Assembly (NCBI GenBank): GCA_963767005.1
Contig: CAVYCN010000004.1
Span: 288,001-352,000 of the forward strand
Direction: 5' to 3'
From: an uncultured Actinomycetes bacterium
GTDB taxonomy: Bacteria > Actinomycetota > Thermoleophilia > UBA2241
Length of the DNA stretch: 64,000 nucleotides
In this document: piece after piece, positions 28,485-38,754 of the stretch
Numbering within the stretch: the first letter of the stretch is position 1
Layout: each line of letters begins with the position of its first letter
Translations under genes and position numbers: made by a program
The notes under the pieces: model-generated
Seen by the model: only the letters and a program-made list of their open reading frames with translations
What the model was told of the DNA's origin: nothing
The model's database searches: none

Positions 28485-30329
28485 ATGCAAACTCCACGGC
28501 GCAGCCGGTCGCGCAGCCGTCTGCTGGGCGCGGCGGTGGTCGCCCTGCTCGCGGTCGGTCTGGTCTGGGGCCTCACCGTGGCTCTCGCCACGAACGCGAG
28601 CCCGTCGCCGGCGGGCAAGGTCGTGCTCCGTCTGGGCATGACCAACATCCCCGACAACGTCAACCCGTTCGTCGGGCAGATGTCGTCGTGCTACGAGATC
28701 TGGTCGCTCAACTACGACCTCATGGTCGGCTTCAGCGTCGGCGACTACGGCCATCCGCAGGGCGCCGGCGCCACCGGCCTGGCCGACCACTGGACGGTGT
28801 CCGACGGCGGTCGGGTGTGGACGTTCCACATCCGCTCCGGCGTCAAATGGCAGGACGGCGTGCCGCTCACCGCGCACGACGTCGCCTTCACCTACAACTA
28901 CGTCATCAAGAATCAGCTCAGCAACTACACGATGTACGTCAACTTCATCAAGAGCGTCGTCGCGCCCAACGACAACACAGTGGTGTTCACCTGCACGAAG
29001 CCCAAGGCGAACATGCTCAACATGTGGGTCTACATCGTGCCCGAGCACATCTGGGGCCAGATCTCCGGCAAGGCCGCCGGGGCGACCTACCCGAACAACC
29101 CGCCCGTGGTGGGCAGCGGCCCCTTCCAGCTCACGCAGTACAAGAAGGACCAGTACGCGGTCATGACGGCCAACAAGAGCTACTGGGGCGGCGCGCCCAA
29201 GATCGACGAGGTCGACTTCGTCTACTACCAGAACGCCGACACGATGGTGCAGGAGATGAAGGCGGGATCGCTGCAAGGCTGCTGGGGCCTGCTCGAGGCG
29301 CAGTTCGGCCAGCTCAAGAACGACCCGACCTACAAGCCGATCGCCTGCATCGACCCCGAGCTCGACGAGCTCGGCTTCAACTGTTACACGGGTCCGTCGC
29401 TCGGCAACCCGGTGCTCAAGGACTGGCACTTCCGCCAGGCCCTGCAGTGGGCGATCGACCACAACAAGCTCGTGCAGATCGCCTACGGCGGCCTCGCCCA
29501 GCCGGCCACGTCCGTGCTCGTCTCGCACCTGTGGACGGACCCCGACTGGCACTGGGAGCCGGCGGCGAGCGAGGCCTACACGTTCGATCTCGCCAAGGCG
29601 AGCCAGATGCTCACCGCGGCGGGCTACCCGCTGAAGAACGGCGTGCGCCTGAACAAGCAGGGCAAGCCGATCGTGCTGCGCCTGTGGACCCGCAGCAACT
29701 CCGAGGCGCAGCAGTCGGCCGGCAAGCTGATGGCCGGCTGGTTCGGGCAGCTCGGCCTCAAGATCAAGCTTTCGGTCATGGACGAGGGCGCGATCGACGA
29801 CGGTCTCTACAACATGGACGGGAACACGTTCAAGCCCAACTACGACATGTTCCTCTGGGGCTGGGGCGGCGATCCCGACCCGAACTTCATCCTCAGCATT
29901 TTCACCTCGTCGCAGATCAACAGCTGGAGCGACTGCGCCTGGTCAGACGCGCAGTACGACAAGCTCTTCCTGCAGCAGCAGACCACGATCGACCCCACGC
30001 AACGGCTGGCGCTCGTGTACAAGATGGAGCAGATCATCTACCAGCAGTCGCCCTACATCCCGACCGTCTACCCCGAGAACGTCGAGGCCTACAACTTCAA
30101 GGACTGGGAGGGCTGGCAGTTCACGCCGGGCAAGGGTGGCGGCGTCTTCTTCACATCGCCCGTCATGGCGAGCTACCTGACGGTGCACCCGGTGCCCGGG
30201 ACCTCCGGCGGCTCGAGCTCGAAGACCTGGCTGATCGGACTGATCGTGGCGATCGTCGTCGTGATCGTCGTGGTCGCCCTCGTCGCGACGCTGCGCGGTC
30301 GCGGCAAGCAGATCGAGGAGACGATGTAG
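28485..30329 (+). CDS. Peptide/nickel ABC transporter substrate-binding protein (family 5) with C-terminal TM anchor
   Basis: GLADHW..SDGGRVWTFHIR.GVKWQDG.PLTAHDV.FT, GSGPF and FRQALQWAID; hydrophobic C-terminal helix. Confidence 0.9.
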   Translation: MQTPRRSRSRSRLLGAAVVALLAVGLVWGLTVALATNASPSPAGKVVLRLGMTNIPDNVNPFVGQMSSCYEIWSLNYDLMVGFSVGDYGHPQGAGATGLADHWTVSDGGRVWTFHIRSGVKWQDGVPLTAHDVAFTYNYVIKNQLSNYTMYVNFIKSVVAPNDNTVVFTCTKPKANMLNMWVYIVPEHIWGQISGKAAGATYPNNPPVVGSGPFQLTQYKKDQYAVMTANKSYWGGAPKIDEVDFVYYQNADTMVQEMKAGSLQGCWGLLEAQFGQLKNDPTYKPIACIDPELDELGFNCYTGPSLGNPVLKDWHFRQALQWAIDHNKLVQIAYGGLAQPATSVLVSHLWTDPDWHWEPAASEAYTFDLAKASQMLTAAGYPLKNGVRLNKQGKPIVLRLWTRSNSEAQQSAGKLMAGWFGQLGLKIKLSVMDEGAIDDGLYNMDGNTFKPNYDMFLWGWGGDPDPNFILSIFTSSQINSWSDCAWSDAQYDKLFLQQQTTIDPTQRLALVYKMEQIIYQQSPYIPTVYPENVEAYNFKDWEGWQFTPGKGGGVFFTSPVMASYLTVHPVPGTSGGSSSKTWLIGLIVAIVVVIVVVALVATLRGRGKQIEETM

Positions 30330-30415
30330 CGCCAGGCTGAGGCGGCGAGCGTCGCGCCGAGCGCGCCGCGCCCCGTCGTCTCTGTGGCCGCGGTCGCGCG
30401 GAGTCTGCGAGTCGG

Positions 30416-30922
30416 TCAGGCGGGACGCGCCCAGGCGAGGTACGGCCGCCACGAGTCGTGGATGTGCTCGACCTCGGTGAAGATGAAGCTGAATGGCTCC
30501 GGCGGCCGCGGCTTGCGCGCCAGGGTCAGCCCGTCGGCGGGCAGCAGCCGGTCGCCTTTGCGCAGGTTGCAGGGCGCGCACGAGGTGACGACGTTGTCCC
30601 AGCCGTCGCCCCCGCCCTTGGACCGCGGCACGACGTGGTCGACGGTGAGCCGCTTCTGGGCGCCGCAGTACTGGCAGCGGAACTGGTCGCGGGCGAAGAC
30701 GGCGCGCCGCGAGATGCGCCGGCACGCGGCGCGCGGCACCGACACGTACGAGCGTAGCCTGATGACGTGCGGGACGGTGAACGAGGCGCGTTCGGAACGG
30801 ACCGTGGTGGGGGAGTCCTCGATGACCTCGGCCTTGTCTTTGAGCATCAGCACGAGGGCGCGACGCAACGAGCACACGTTGAGCGGCTCGTATGTGGTGT
30901 TCAGGACCAGCACCTTGAGCAT
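30416..30922 (-). CDS. HNH endonuclease (McrA-like)
   Basis: VLVLNTTYEPL; RD..CQYCG...TVDHVVPRSKGG...W.NVV..C..CN..K. Confidence 0.92.
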   Translation of the reverse strand: MLKVLVLNTTYEPLNVCSLRRALVLMLKDKAEVIEDSPTTVRSERASFTVPHVIRLRSYVSVPRAACRRISRRAVFARDQFRCQYCGAQKRLTVDHVVPRSKGGGDGWDNVVTSCAPCNLRKGDRLLPADGLTLARKPRPPEPFSFIFTEVEHIHDSWRPYLAWARPA

Positions 30923-30996
30923 CGACCCTCATCTTAGCAGCCCGGTCCAGCCTCGGGCGAGCCGTCCCGGGGGCGCGCGAGGGTAGACTACGGGCC

Positions 30997-32370
30997 ATGG
31001 ACAGCCTGTTCGAGCCATCGGACGAGCAGATCACCGCGCAGGCGCCGCTCGCGGCCCGCATGCGGCCGCGGTCGCTGGCCGGCTTCGTGGGGCAGCGCGA
31101 GATCGTCGGGCCCGGCACGATCCTGCGTGCCGCCATCGAGCGTGGCGAGCTCTTCTCGATGATCTTCTGGGGCCCCCCGGGGTCGGGCAAGACGACCCTG
31201 GCGCGGGCGATCGCCGCGGAGACGGGCGCGCGGCTCGAGCAACTGTCGGCCGTGAACGCCGGCACCGCCGACGTGCGCGCCGCGATCAAGGCCGCGCGCG
31301 AGGCGCGCGGCCTTGCCGCGCGGCGCACGGTGCTGTTCATCGACGAGATCCACCGCTTCAACAAGGCCCAGCAGGACGCCCTGCTGCCGGCGATCGAAGA
31401 CGCGCTGGTCTACCTGATCGGTGCGACCACCGAGAACCCCTACTTCGAGGTCAACTCGGCGTTGCTGTCGCGCTGCCAGCTCTACCGCTTCGCGCCGCTC
31501 GGCGGCGACGACGTCGAGGAGCTCGTGTGCCGCGCCCTCGACGACCGCGAGCGCGGCCTGGGCGAGCTCGGGCTGACACTGGCCGACGGCGCCCTGCCGT
31601 TCCTGGTCGAGGTCGCCCACGGCGACGCCCGGGTCGCGCTGAACGCTCTTGAGACGGCCGTGCGGTCGCGCGGCCTGCGGGCCGGAGCGGCCGGCGAGAT
31701 CACGGTCGACGACCTGAAAGACGCCGCCCAGAAGAAGCCGCTCTCCTACGATCGCGACGACGCCCACTACGACACCATCTCGGCCTTCATCAAGTCGATG
31801 CGGGGCAGCGACCCCGACGCCGTCGAGTACTACCTGGCCGCCATGCTGGCGGGCGGCGAGGACCCCAAGTTCATCGCCCGCCGCATCATCATCTTCGCGT
31901 CGGAGGACGTGGGCAACGCCGACCCGCGCGCCCTCGAGGTGGCCGTCGCCGCGGCGCGCGCCGTCGAGTTCGTCGGTCTGCCCGAGTGTCGCCTCAACCT
32001 GAGTCAGGCGGCGCTCTACATGGCGCTCGCCCCTAAGAGCAACGCGGCCTACAAGGCGATCGACGCCGCCATGGCCGACGTCGAACGGCGCGGCAACGAG
32101 CCGCCGCCGCCGCATCTGCGCGACGCCAACTACCGCGGCGCGCGCAAGCTGGGTCACGGCGAGGGTTACCTCTATCCGCACGCGTTCGGCGGCTGGGTCG
32201 AGCAGCAGTACCTGCCCGACGCGCTGCGCGGCGCCACCTACTTCACGGCGCAGCGCGGCCTCGAGCTCGAGCGCGCGCGCCGGCTCGACGAGATCAGGCG
32301 CGCGGGGCTTGAGAAGCGGCCCGCGACAGCCGAAAACGATGACGTGCGCGCGCCGGACGAGCCCACCTGA
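30997..32370 (+). CDS. rarA: Replication-associated recombination protein RarA/MgsA
   Basis: PLAARMRP, GPPGSGKTT, DEIHRFNKAQQD and ISAFIKSMRGSDPDA. Confidence 0.96.
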   Translation: MDSLFEPSDEQITAQAPLAARMRPRSLAGFVGQREIVGPGTILRAAIERGELFSMIFWGPPGSGKTTLARAIAAETGARLEQLSAVNAGTADVRAAIKAAREARGLAARRTVLFIDEIHRFNKAQQDALLPAIEDALVYLIGATTENPYFEVNSALLSRCQLYRFAPLGGDDVEELVCRALDDRERGLGELGLTLADGALPFLVEVAHGDARVALNALETAVRSRGLRAGAAGEITVDDLKDAAQKKPLSYDRDDAHYDTISAFIKSMRGSDPDAVEYYLAAMLAGGEDPKFIARRIIIFASEDVGNADPRALEVAVAAARAVEFVGLPECRLNLSQAALYMALAPKSNAAYKAIDAAMADVERRGNEPPPPHLRDANYRGARKLGHGEGYLYPHAFGGWVEQQYLPDALRGATYFTAQRGLELERARRLDEIRRAGLEKRPATAENDDVRAPDEPT

Positions 32371-32486
32371 GGGGCGGCCGTCCGTGAGGGCGGGGGCCGG
32401 CGAGCAGAGACGCCCCCGCAAGAGGGGCGTCGTGGGGCCGGCGTGCGACGAGGCGTCACGCCTGAAACGGGGCAAGGGAGGTCTCG

Positions 32487-32888
32487 ATGAGCTGGGCGTT
32501 GGCGATCATCATGATCGTGACGATCGTGCTGATCGTCCTGATCTCGGCGCTGTACTGGTACGCGTCGCGGCTCAAGCGCTCGTTCGAGGCCCCGTCGCCG
32601 GCGGCGCTCGCCGCCCAGCCGCCGCTCGTCTTCACCCTGTCTCAGACGAGCGCCGACAGCCTGGCCCACCTCTCGCGCGAGCCGATCCTCATCCGCCAGG
32701 CGCAGGATGGCCTGCGGGTGCAGCTCGACAATCGCCCTCTCGTGCCGATCGCGATCCTCACCGACCGCGCGGCGGCCGCGGCGCTGCGCGAGATCGTCGC
32801 GCACGCGAGCCAGCGCTACGGGGCACAGTGGACCGCCCTGGTCATGCCGGGCGGCAACGGGTCCGTCTCGGTGCAGCGGCTGGCCTAG
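32487..32888 (+). CDS. Hypothetical membrane-anchored protein
   Basis: GGGAGG RBS; N-terminal TM helix; typical codon bias. Confidence 0.7.
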   Translation: MSWALAIIMIVTIVLIVLISALYWYASRLKRSFEAPSPAALAAQPPLVFTLSQTSADSLAHLSREPILIRQAQDGLRVQLDNRPLVPIAILTDRAAAAALREIVAHASQRYGAQWTALVMPGGNGSVSVQRLA

Positions 32889-33163
32889 GGCAGCCGTCGG
32901 CGAGCGCCTGAGCCCTTCCGCAGGCCCGCTGCGCCGCATCCTCTCCCTTCACGGCGACGGCGGCGAGCCGCCGTCGCCGCGCGGCCTGTCCGGCGTCGGC
33001 TGCCCGATGTCCCTCCCGACGATGCTCCGCGGCGTTCTCTGTCGGGGGTGTATACAGAGTTGTACACTGTTAAAGGAACCTTTCTGTTCTGTCGAAGAAC
33101 ACTTGCGCCGGTCCGCTCCGCGTGCGCGGGCGGCGACACGCTCGGGGGCTCAAGGAGGCTTCA

Positions 33164-35209
33164 ATGGGACGGCTCTTCAAATTCCTCTTCGGTATGGCCG
33201 TTGGCGCGGGCGCCGCGCTGCTCGTGACGCCCAAGACGGGGCACGAGATGCGCGAGATGCTCTCCGGGCCGCAGGTCCGCAGCCTCATGCCGACCCGCCT
33301 CGCCGAGCTCGCACGACCACACGACGTCGCCGAGCCCTACGCGGGCGGCGCGACAGCCGTGGCCGAGCCGCCCGCCCCGACCTGGTCGGTACCCGTGGCT
33401 GAACCGGTCGCCGAGCCCGAACCTGAGCCCCTCGCCGAGCCCGAACCCGAACCGGTCGCCGAGGTCGTTCCCGAGCCGGTCGCCGAGCCCGAACCTGAGC
33501 CCCTCGCCGAGGCAGAGCCCGAACCGGTCGCCGAGCCCGAACCCGAACCGGTCGCCGAGGTCGTTCCCGAGCCGGTCGCCGAGCCCGAACCTGAGCCCCT
33601 CGCCGAGGCAGAGCCCGAACCGGTCGCCGAGCCCGAACCCGAACCGGTCGCCGAGGTCGTTCCCGAGCCGGTCGCCGAGCCCGAACCTGAGCCCCTCGCC
33701 GAGGCAGAGCCCGAGCCGGTCGCCGAGCCCGAACCCGAACCGGTCGCCGAGGTCGTTCCCGAGCCGGTCGCCGAGCCCGAACCTGAGCCCCTCGCCGAGG
33801 CAGAGCCCGAACCGGTCGCCGAGCCCGAACCCGAACCGGTCGCCGAGGCAGAGCCCATCGCCGAGCCCGCTGTGTCGAGCGACGACCTGCGGGCCCGCAT
33901 CGAGGAGACCAAGGCCGCGCTGCTGTCGGAGATTCAGCGGCCGTTCCAGGGCGTCCCCGAGCCGGAGCCCATCGCCGAGCCCGCCGCCGAGCAAGAACCC
34001 GCCGCCGAGCAAGAACCCGCCGCCGAGCAAGAGCCCGCTCCCGAGGAGACCACGTGGGCGGGGTACCCGGCGTCCGCAGAGCCCGTGGCGCCCGCGGCCG
34101 AGACCGAGCTCGTCGCACGAGCCGAGCCCGACCCAGACGCCGAGGGCGGTCATGCGACGCTCGAAGCCGAGCTCGGCGGCGCAGCCGGCGTGTCGGCGCT
34201 CGGCACCGACGAGCTCGACTCAGGCGCCCCCCTCGGCGTTGCCGAGGAGACCGCCGCGGAGCCCGCCCCCACCGAGACCGAGATCGAGCCGATCGAGGCT
34301 GAGCCCCCGGTCGCCGAGACGCCCGTGGAGCCCACGGCCGTCGAGGCACCGGTCGAAGCACCGGCCGCTGAAGTCGCGGACACGCCGTTCGCGGCGCCCG
34401 GCGAAGAGCCGGTCGCGGCCGGACCCGCCGAGGCGGCGGAGCCCGTCGGCTACGAGGCGCCACTGGCCGCGCCGGCGCCCCCCGAGGTCCCGCCGGCTCC
34501 CGAAGCCACCGCGTTCCCCGCACCTCCGGCGCCCGTGGTGGCAGCCGAGACGCCGCACGACATCTGGACCGCCGATCCGGTGCCGGCTACCTTCGAGTCG
34601 CAGATCGCCGAGCCCGCCGTGACGGCCGCGCCGCCGCAGGAGGCGCCCGAGACCGCGCCGGTCGAGCCCGAGGCCGCACCGCTCGAAGCCGCACCGGTCG
34701 AAGCCGCTCCTGCAGAGGCCTCCGCGGCCGAGCCGTTCGCCCCCGAGGCCGTGGCAACCGAGTCGCTCGAGAGGCCGGTCGAGTCCGAGGCGCCTGCCGC
34801 ACCGCTCGAGGTCGCGCCACCGGTCGTCGAGGCCGCGCCCGAGCCGGTCGTCGCGGAGACGGCCACGCCGGCCGAGCCCGCCGCGGCGCTCGAGGGGCCG
34901 GCCGAGACCGACGAGTTCGCGGCCGCTCCGGTCGCCGACGCCCCGGCCGCCGAGGCTCCCGCAGCCGACGCCGCCGCGCCGGCCGAGGAACCCGCCCCGG
35001 CGTCGATCGATCAGGCCGAGATGCGGCGGCGCATCGAGGAGACCCGCGCCCGGCTCAAGGCCAAGGCCTTCGACGCGATGATGAGTGGCGAAGCCGCCCT
35101 GCTTGCCCGCGACTCCGGCGAGAAGCCGGTGCCGCGCGCGGTCGACGTCCCGGTCGACCACGACATCGCCGAGACGCTCGACGAGTCGCTGTCGCAGGAC
35201 GACGAGTAG
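33164..35209 (+). CDS. YtxH-like N-terminal anchor protein with very long acidic Glu/Pro/Ala-rich disordered region
   Basis: AAGGAGG RBS; [30 protein letters not shown] YtxH-like start; EPVA-rich tandem repeats. Confidence 0.8.
   Translation: MGRLFKFLFGMAVGAGAALLVTPKTGHEMREMLSGPQVRSLMPTRLAELARPHDVAEPYAGGATAVAEPPAPTWSVPVAEPVAEPEPEPLAEPEPEPVAEVVPEPVAEPEPEPLAEAEPEPVAEPEPEPVAEVVPEPVAEPEPEPLAEAEPEPVAEPEPEPVAEVVPEPVAEPEPEPLAEAEPEPVAEPEPEPVAEVVPEPVAEPEPEPLAEAEPEPVAEPEPEPVAEAEPIAEPAVSSDDLRARIEETKAALLSEIQRPFQGVPEPEPIAEPAAEQEPAAEQEPAAEQEPAPEETTWAGYPASAEPVAPAAETELVARAEPDPDAEGGHATLEAELGGAAGVSALGTDELDSGAPLGVAEETAAEPAPTETEIEPIEAEPPVAETPVEPTAVEAPVEAPAAEVADTPFAAPGEEPVAAGPAEAAEPVGYEAPLAAPAPPEVPPAPEATAFPAPPAPVVAAETPHDIWTADPVPATFESQIAEPAVTAAPPQEAPETAPVEPEAAPLEAAPVEAAPAEASAAEPFAPEAVATESLERPVESEAPAAPLEVAPPVVEAAPEPVVAETATPAEPAAALEGPAETDEFAAAPVADAPAAEAPAADAAAPAEEPAPASIDQAEMRRRIEETRARLKAKAFDAMMSGEAALLARDSGEKPVPRAVDVPVDHDIAETLDESLSQDDE
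33401..33868 (+). repeat. Coding tandem repeat: 96-bp higher-order unit (4 x 24 bp), at least 4 copies
   Basis: GAGGTCGTTCCC recurs at 33461, 33557, 33653 and 33749; encodes [33 protein letters not shown] separate 18-bp x3 repeat (EQEPAA) lies at ~33985-34038. Confidence 0.95.
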
Positions 35210-35217
35210 ACGCACGA

Positions 35218-35261
35218 ACGCGGACGGGCCGGCCGCCGACAGGCGGCCGGCCCGTCCGCGT
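35218..35261. terminator. Bidirectional hairpin between convergent genes
   Basis: 20-bp arms ACGCGGACGGGCCGGCCGCC / GGCGGCCGGCCCGTCCGCGT with a 4-nt loop. Confidence 0.75.
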
Positions 35262-35269
35262 CTCTGGAC

Positions 35270-37048
35270 TCAGTGCGGCGGCTCCTCCGTCGCTCGCGGA
35301 CGCTCACGGAGACGCCACCCGGCCGCGGCGTGCCTGGCCCGCTGCGGCCGTCGCGCGCGATCGGCCGCTCCGTGCTCGGCCGCCCGCGGCACGTGGAGCT
35401 CGTGGCTGAGCAGGGTGGCCGACGCCACGAAGACGACGGCGAGGACGACCGCCGCGACCGGGATCGTGCGCGTCTCGAGGAGCAGGAAGAAGTACCACCA
35501 GACGTCCCAGCCCAGGTGGAGCCGGTCGCCCAGGTAGACGAGCGACGCCCCGATCACCGCGAGGCCGGCCCACACCGGCAGGGCCGAGCGCAGCCACGGA
35601 CCGCGACGAGCGATGGGCCAGAGCAGCGCGGCCGGCAGGACGAGGGCGAGCGAGAAGGGGTTGATGGTCAGCATGACGAGGGCCACCAGAAGCAGGGCAA
35701 GATGGGCGACCGTCACGACCGCCTCGGTGTCGACGGGGAAGTGCCGCGCGAGGCGGTGCTCGATCGCCATGGCGTAGTGGTACGTGACGGCCAGGAACAG
35801 CAGGATGAGGACCACGCGCAGGTAACGCGGCGCGTGGCTCACGAGCGCGTCGGGTGACACCGCGGCGCCGAAGCCGCCCGGGAGCAGGTCGAGCAGGCCG
35901 GCGAGGTACACGAGCGCGAGCGTGAGCAGCCAGGGCGCCACGCGCAGCGCCAGGCGCACCACGGCGTGGCGCAGCGGCAGGCGGCGGTGCACCGCGTGGG
36001 TCGCCAGCACGACCGACACGACGGCCAGCGGCATCGTGAGGACGATCAGGATCCAGACCACGAAGCCGCCCGATAGCTGGCGGAACCGGGAGAAGAAGAC
36101 GGTGTGGCCGCTGCCGGCCAGCGGCACCGGCGCGACGTCGAGGCTGGCGATCAGCAGCTCGGCCGTGCGCCCGCTGCGCAGCAGCGTGTCGGTAGAGACG
36201 GTGTCGAGCGTGTCGGCGACGGCGGGCACCGTCGCTCCCGGCGCCGATATCTCGATGGCCGGCAAGCCCGCGGCGACGAACGGGGCCTGGCTGCCGCCGC
36301 CGCTCGGCACCGCGAGCCGTACGATCTGGGTGGTCACCGGCGGCAGCGGCGTGCGCAGACCGGCGCCGAGCCGCCCGGAGGCTTGAGCGAGCCCCCACAG
36401 CCAGGGCGGGGCGAGCCTGGGCTGGGCGCTCCAGCCGTTGAGCGTGATGCTGTGGACGTCGCGGCCCGCCATGCGGCGCAGCGCCACGACGGCGAGGATC
36501 CCGAGGTCGCGATGGCGCGCGAGGAACGCGTGCGCGCCCAGGGCGCCGTTCGTGTCGCCGTCGGTCGAGACGAAGACGATGGGGTGGAGGTGGGCGCTGC
36601 CGGCGAACAGCGACGCCAGCTCGAGCAGGCAGGCGGTGCCCGAAGCGTCGTCGTTGGCGCCCTGCGTGGCGAGCGGCGGTGAGTCGCGGGGGGCGATCAC
36701 GACGATGGTCCCCGCGGCCGTCCCGTTGGAGGTCGCCCAGACGTTCGCGAGACCGACGCGGCGGCCGGCGACCTCGCCGGCGAACGCGTCGATGTGCGTC
36801 GTGAGGCCGTCCGCGGCCAGTTGACCCGCGACCCAGCCGGCCGCCCGGCGGTCGGCGGACGAGCCGGCCACGCGCCCGGGGAAGCCGTTCGCCAGAGTCC
36901 TGAGGTCGCCGGCGGCCGCCTGCGGGTCGAACACCGTGGGCTGGGTCGAGACGGTGATCGCCTGGGGCGGTCTCAGGGCCACGAGCGCGCCGGCGGCGAG
37001 GACCACGGCGACGAGCAGGGCCACGCGGTAGATCCTCAGGTCGGGCAT
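35270..37048 (-). CDS. M28-peptidase-like domain fused to a multi-pass membrane region
   Basis: GRVAGS, DS...GANDDASG..LLELA; several C-terminal TM helices; ATG with AGGGAGG RBS. Confidence 0.75.
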   Translation of the reverse strand: MPDLRIYRVALLVAVVLAAGALVALRPPQAITVSTQPTVFDPQAAAGDLRTLANGFPGRVAGSSADRRAAGWVAGQLAADGLTTHIDAFAGEVAGRRVGLANVWATSNGTAAGTIVVIAPRDSPPLATQGANDDASGTACLLELASLFAGSAHLHPIVFVSTDGDTNGALGAHAFLARHRDLGILAVVALRRMAGRDVHSITLNGWSAQPRLAPPWLWGLAQASGRLGAGLRTPLPPVTTQIVRLAVPSGGGSQAPFVAAGLPAIEISAPGATVPAVADTLDTVSTDTLLRSGRTAELLIASLDVAPVPLAGSGHTVFFSRFRQLSGGFVVWILIVLTMPLAVVSVVLATHAVHRRLPLRHAVVRLALRVAPWLLTLALVYLAGLLDLLPGGFGAAVSPDALVSHAPRYLRVVLILLFLAVTYHYAMAIEHRLARHFPVDTEAVVTVAHLALLLVALVMLTINPFSLALVLPAALLWPIARRGPWLRSALPVWAGLAVIGASLVYLGDRLHLGWDVWWYFFLLLETRTIPVAAVVLAVVFVASATLLSHELHVPRAAEHGAADRARRPQRARHAAAGWRLRERPRATEEPPH

Positions 37049-37136
37049 GGCCTCCCTGTCCACGAGTCCGCGACGGTCGGACGGCACGAGCGGTGGACGC
37101 CATCGCCGCACACACCTATGCCTCGAGGATGGTACC

Positions 37137-37175
37137 AAAAGCCGGCGGGGGGCGCTTGCGCGCCCCCCGCCGGCT
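37137..37175 (-). terminator. Intrinsic terminator of trpB2
   Basis: 16-bp GC stem followed by TTTT on the minus strand, ~20 bp after the stop. Confidence 0.75.
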
Positions 37176-37196
37176 CGTGCGTCCGCTCGACGACCG

Positions 37197-38555
37197 TCAG
37201 GCCGACGGCACGTGCGTCATCGCGACCTTGATCGCCTCCTCGGGGTGATCGTAGTCCTCGAGCTTGCCGGCGAGGAACTGCTCGTAGGCGCCGAGGTCGA
37301 GGAGGCCGTGACCGGTGAGGTTGAACAGGATGGTCCTCGGCTTGCCCTCGGCCTTGGCCGCGAGCGCTTCGTTCTGCGCCGCGAGGATCGCGTGCGCCGA
37401 CTCGGGCGCCGGCACGATGCCCTCGGTCTGCGTGAACACGCGGGCCGCTCCGAAGACCTTGGTCTGCGGCAGCGCGACGGCCTCCATGAGGCCGAGGTGG
37501 TAGGCGTGGCTGATCAGCGGCGCCATGGCGTGGTAGCGCAGCCCGCCGGCGTGGATGCCGGCCGGCATGAAGTCGTGGCCCAGCGTGTACATCTTGAGCA
37601 GCGGCGTGCTCTTGGCAACGTCGCCGAAGTCGTACGTGAACACGCCCTTCGTGAGCGACGGGCAGGCCGTGGGCTCGACTCCGACGAAGCGCGTCTTGGC
37701 TCTGCCGGCCATGGTCTCGCGCATGAAGGGGAAGGCGATGCCGGCGAAGCTCGAGCCGCCGCCGACGCAGCCGATCACGACGTCGGGATAGGCGTCGGCG
37801 TCGGCGACCTGCTCGAGCGCCTCCTCGCCGATCACGGTCTGGTGCAGCAGCACATGGTTGAGCACGCTGCCGAGCGAGTACTTCGAGCCGGGGTGACCGA
37901 CGACGTCCTCGACCGCCTCGGAGATGGCGAGACCCAGGCTGCCGGGGCTGTCGGGATCGGCCGCGAGGGCGTTGCGACCGGCGTTGGTGAGGTCGGTCGG
38001 ACTGGCGAAGACGGTGGCGCCGTTCAGCTCCATGAGCACGCGGCGGTAGGGCTTCTGGAAGTAGCTCACCTTGACCATGTAGACGGTGAGATCGATGCCG
38101 AAGATCTGGCAGGCCATCGACAGCGCGCTGCCCCACTGGCCGGCGCCGGTCTCGGTGGCCAGCCGCTTGATGCCGGCCTCACGGTTGTAGTAGGCCTGCG
38201 CGACGGCCGTGTTGGACTTGTGCGAGCCCGATGGGCTCACGCCCTCGAACTTGAAGAAGATGCGCACGTCGTCGGGCAGCCCCAGGGCCTTCTCGAAGCC
38301 GTTCGCCCTGACCAACGGCGTCGGTCTCCAGATCCGGTAGATGTCACGGATCTCCTCGGGGATGTCGATGTACTGGTCCATCGACGCTTCCTGCGCGATC
38401 AGGCCCATGGGGAAGATCGCCGCCAGGTCGTCGGGTCCGGCCGGCTGTCCGGTGCCGGGGTGCAGCGGCGGTGCGGGCGGCTCCGGGAAGTCCGGCGCGA
38501 TGTTGTACCAGCGCCGCGGGATCCTCTCTTCGCCCAACAGGTACTTCTTCTGCAT
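37197..38555 (-). CDS. trpB2: TrpB-like PLP enzyme (tryptophan synthase beta chain, type 2)
   Basis: IPRRWYNI, EGVSPSGSHKSN, TETGAGQWG, LGSVLNHV and IHAGGLRYH. Confidence 0.95.
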   Translation of the reverse strand: MQKKYLLGEERIPRRWYNIAPDFPEPPAPPLHPGTGQPAGPDDLAAIFPMGLIAQEASMDQYIDIPEEIRDIYRIWRPTPLVRANGFEKALGLPDDVRIFFKFEGVSPSGSHKSNTAVAQAYYNREAGIKRLATETGAGQWGSALSMACQIFGIDLTVYMVKVSYFQKPYRRVLMELNGATVFASPTDLTNAGRNALAADPDSPGSLGLAISEAVEDVVGHPGSKYSLGSVLNHVLLHQTVIGEEALEQVADADAYPDVVIGCVGGGSSFAGIAFPFMRETMAGRAKTRFVGVEPTACPSLTKGVFTYDFGDVAKSTPLLKMYTLGHDFMPAGIHAGGLRYHAMAPLISHAYHLGLMEAVALPQTKVFGAARVFTQTEGIVPAPESAHAILAAQNEALAAKAEGKPRTILFNLTGHGLLDLGAYEQFLAGKLEDYDHPEEAIKVAMTHVPSA

Positions 38556-38706
38556 GACGCACCTCCTTACGTTCCGTGAGCGGCATTGGGCCGGTCGTTT
38601 CGATCCTCGGGTGAGGGTTCAGTGCCACGGGTCGGGGCATGCCGAAACGGTGGCGCTGATCGGGGCGAGGCGGGGGTTGCCCGCAGGGGATGTCAGAGAG
38701 GGCGCG

Positions 38707-38754
38707 CTAGGCGCGCCAGAGCCAGGCCGTCGTAGTGACGTTCGTCTCCGTCAT
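38707..38754 (-). CDS. trpL: Putative Trp leader peptide MTETNVTTTAWLWRA
   Basis: 15-codon uORF with two TGG codons near its end, 10 bp after an extended -10 (TGGTAGAAT, 38765-38773) and ~150 bp upstream of trpB2. Confidence 0.75.
   Translation of the reverse strand: MTETNVTTTAWLWRA

Noticed and set aside
30416-30922. HNH gene as a mobile or defence element
   Set aside because: It matches the common chromosomal stand-alone HNH family; no flanking repeats, intron features or partner genes.
32889-33163. 6S/Ms1-like ncRNA or LexA box near rarA
   Set aside because: No long rod-like self-complementarity is evident; the GAAC-N6-GTTC spacing does not match the Gram-positive GAAC-N4-GTTC box.
33401-33868. 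CRISPR array
   Set aside because: Repeats are contiguous, in-frame coding units with no unique spacers and no cas genes.
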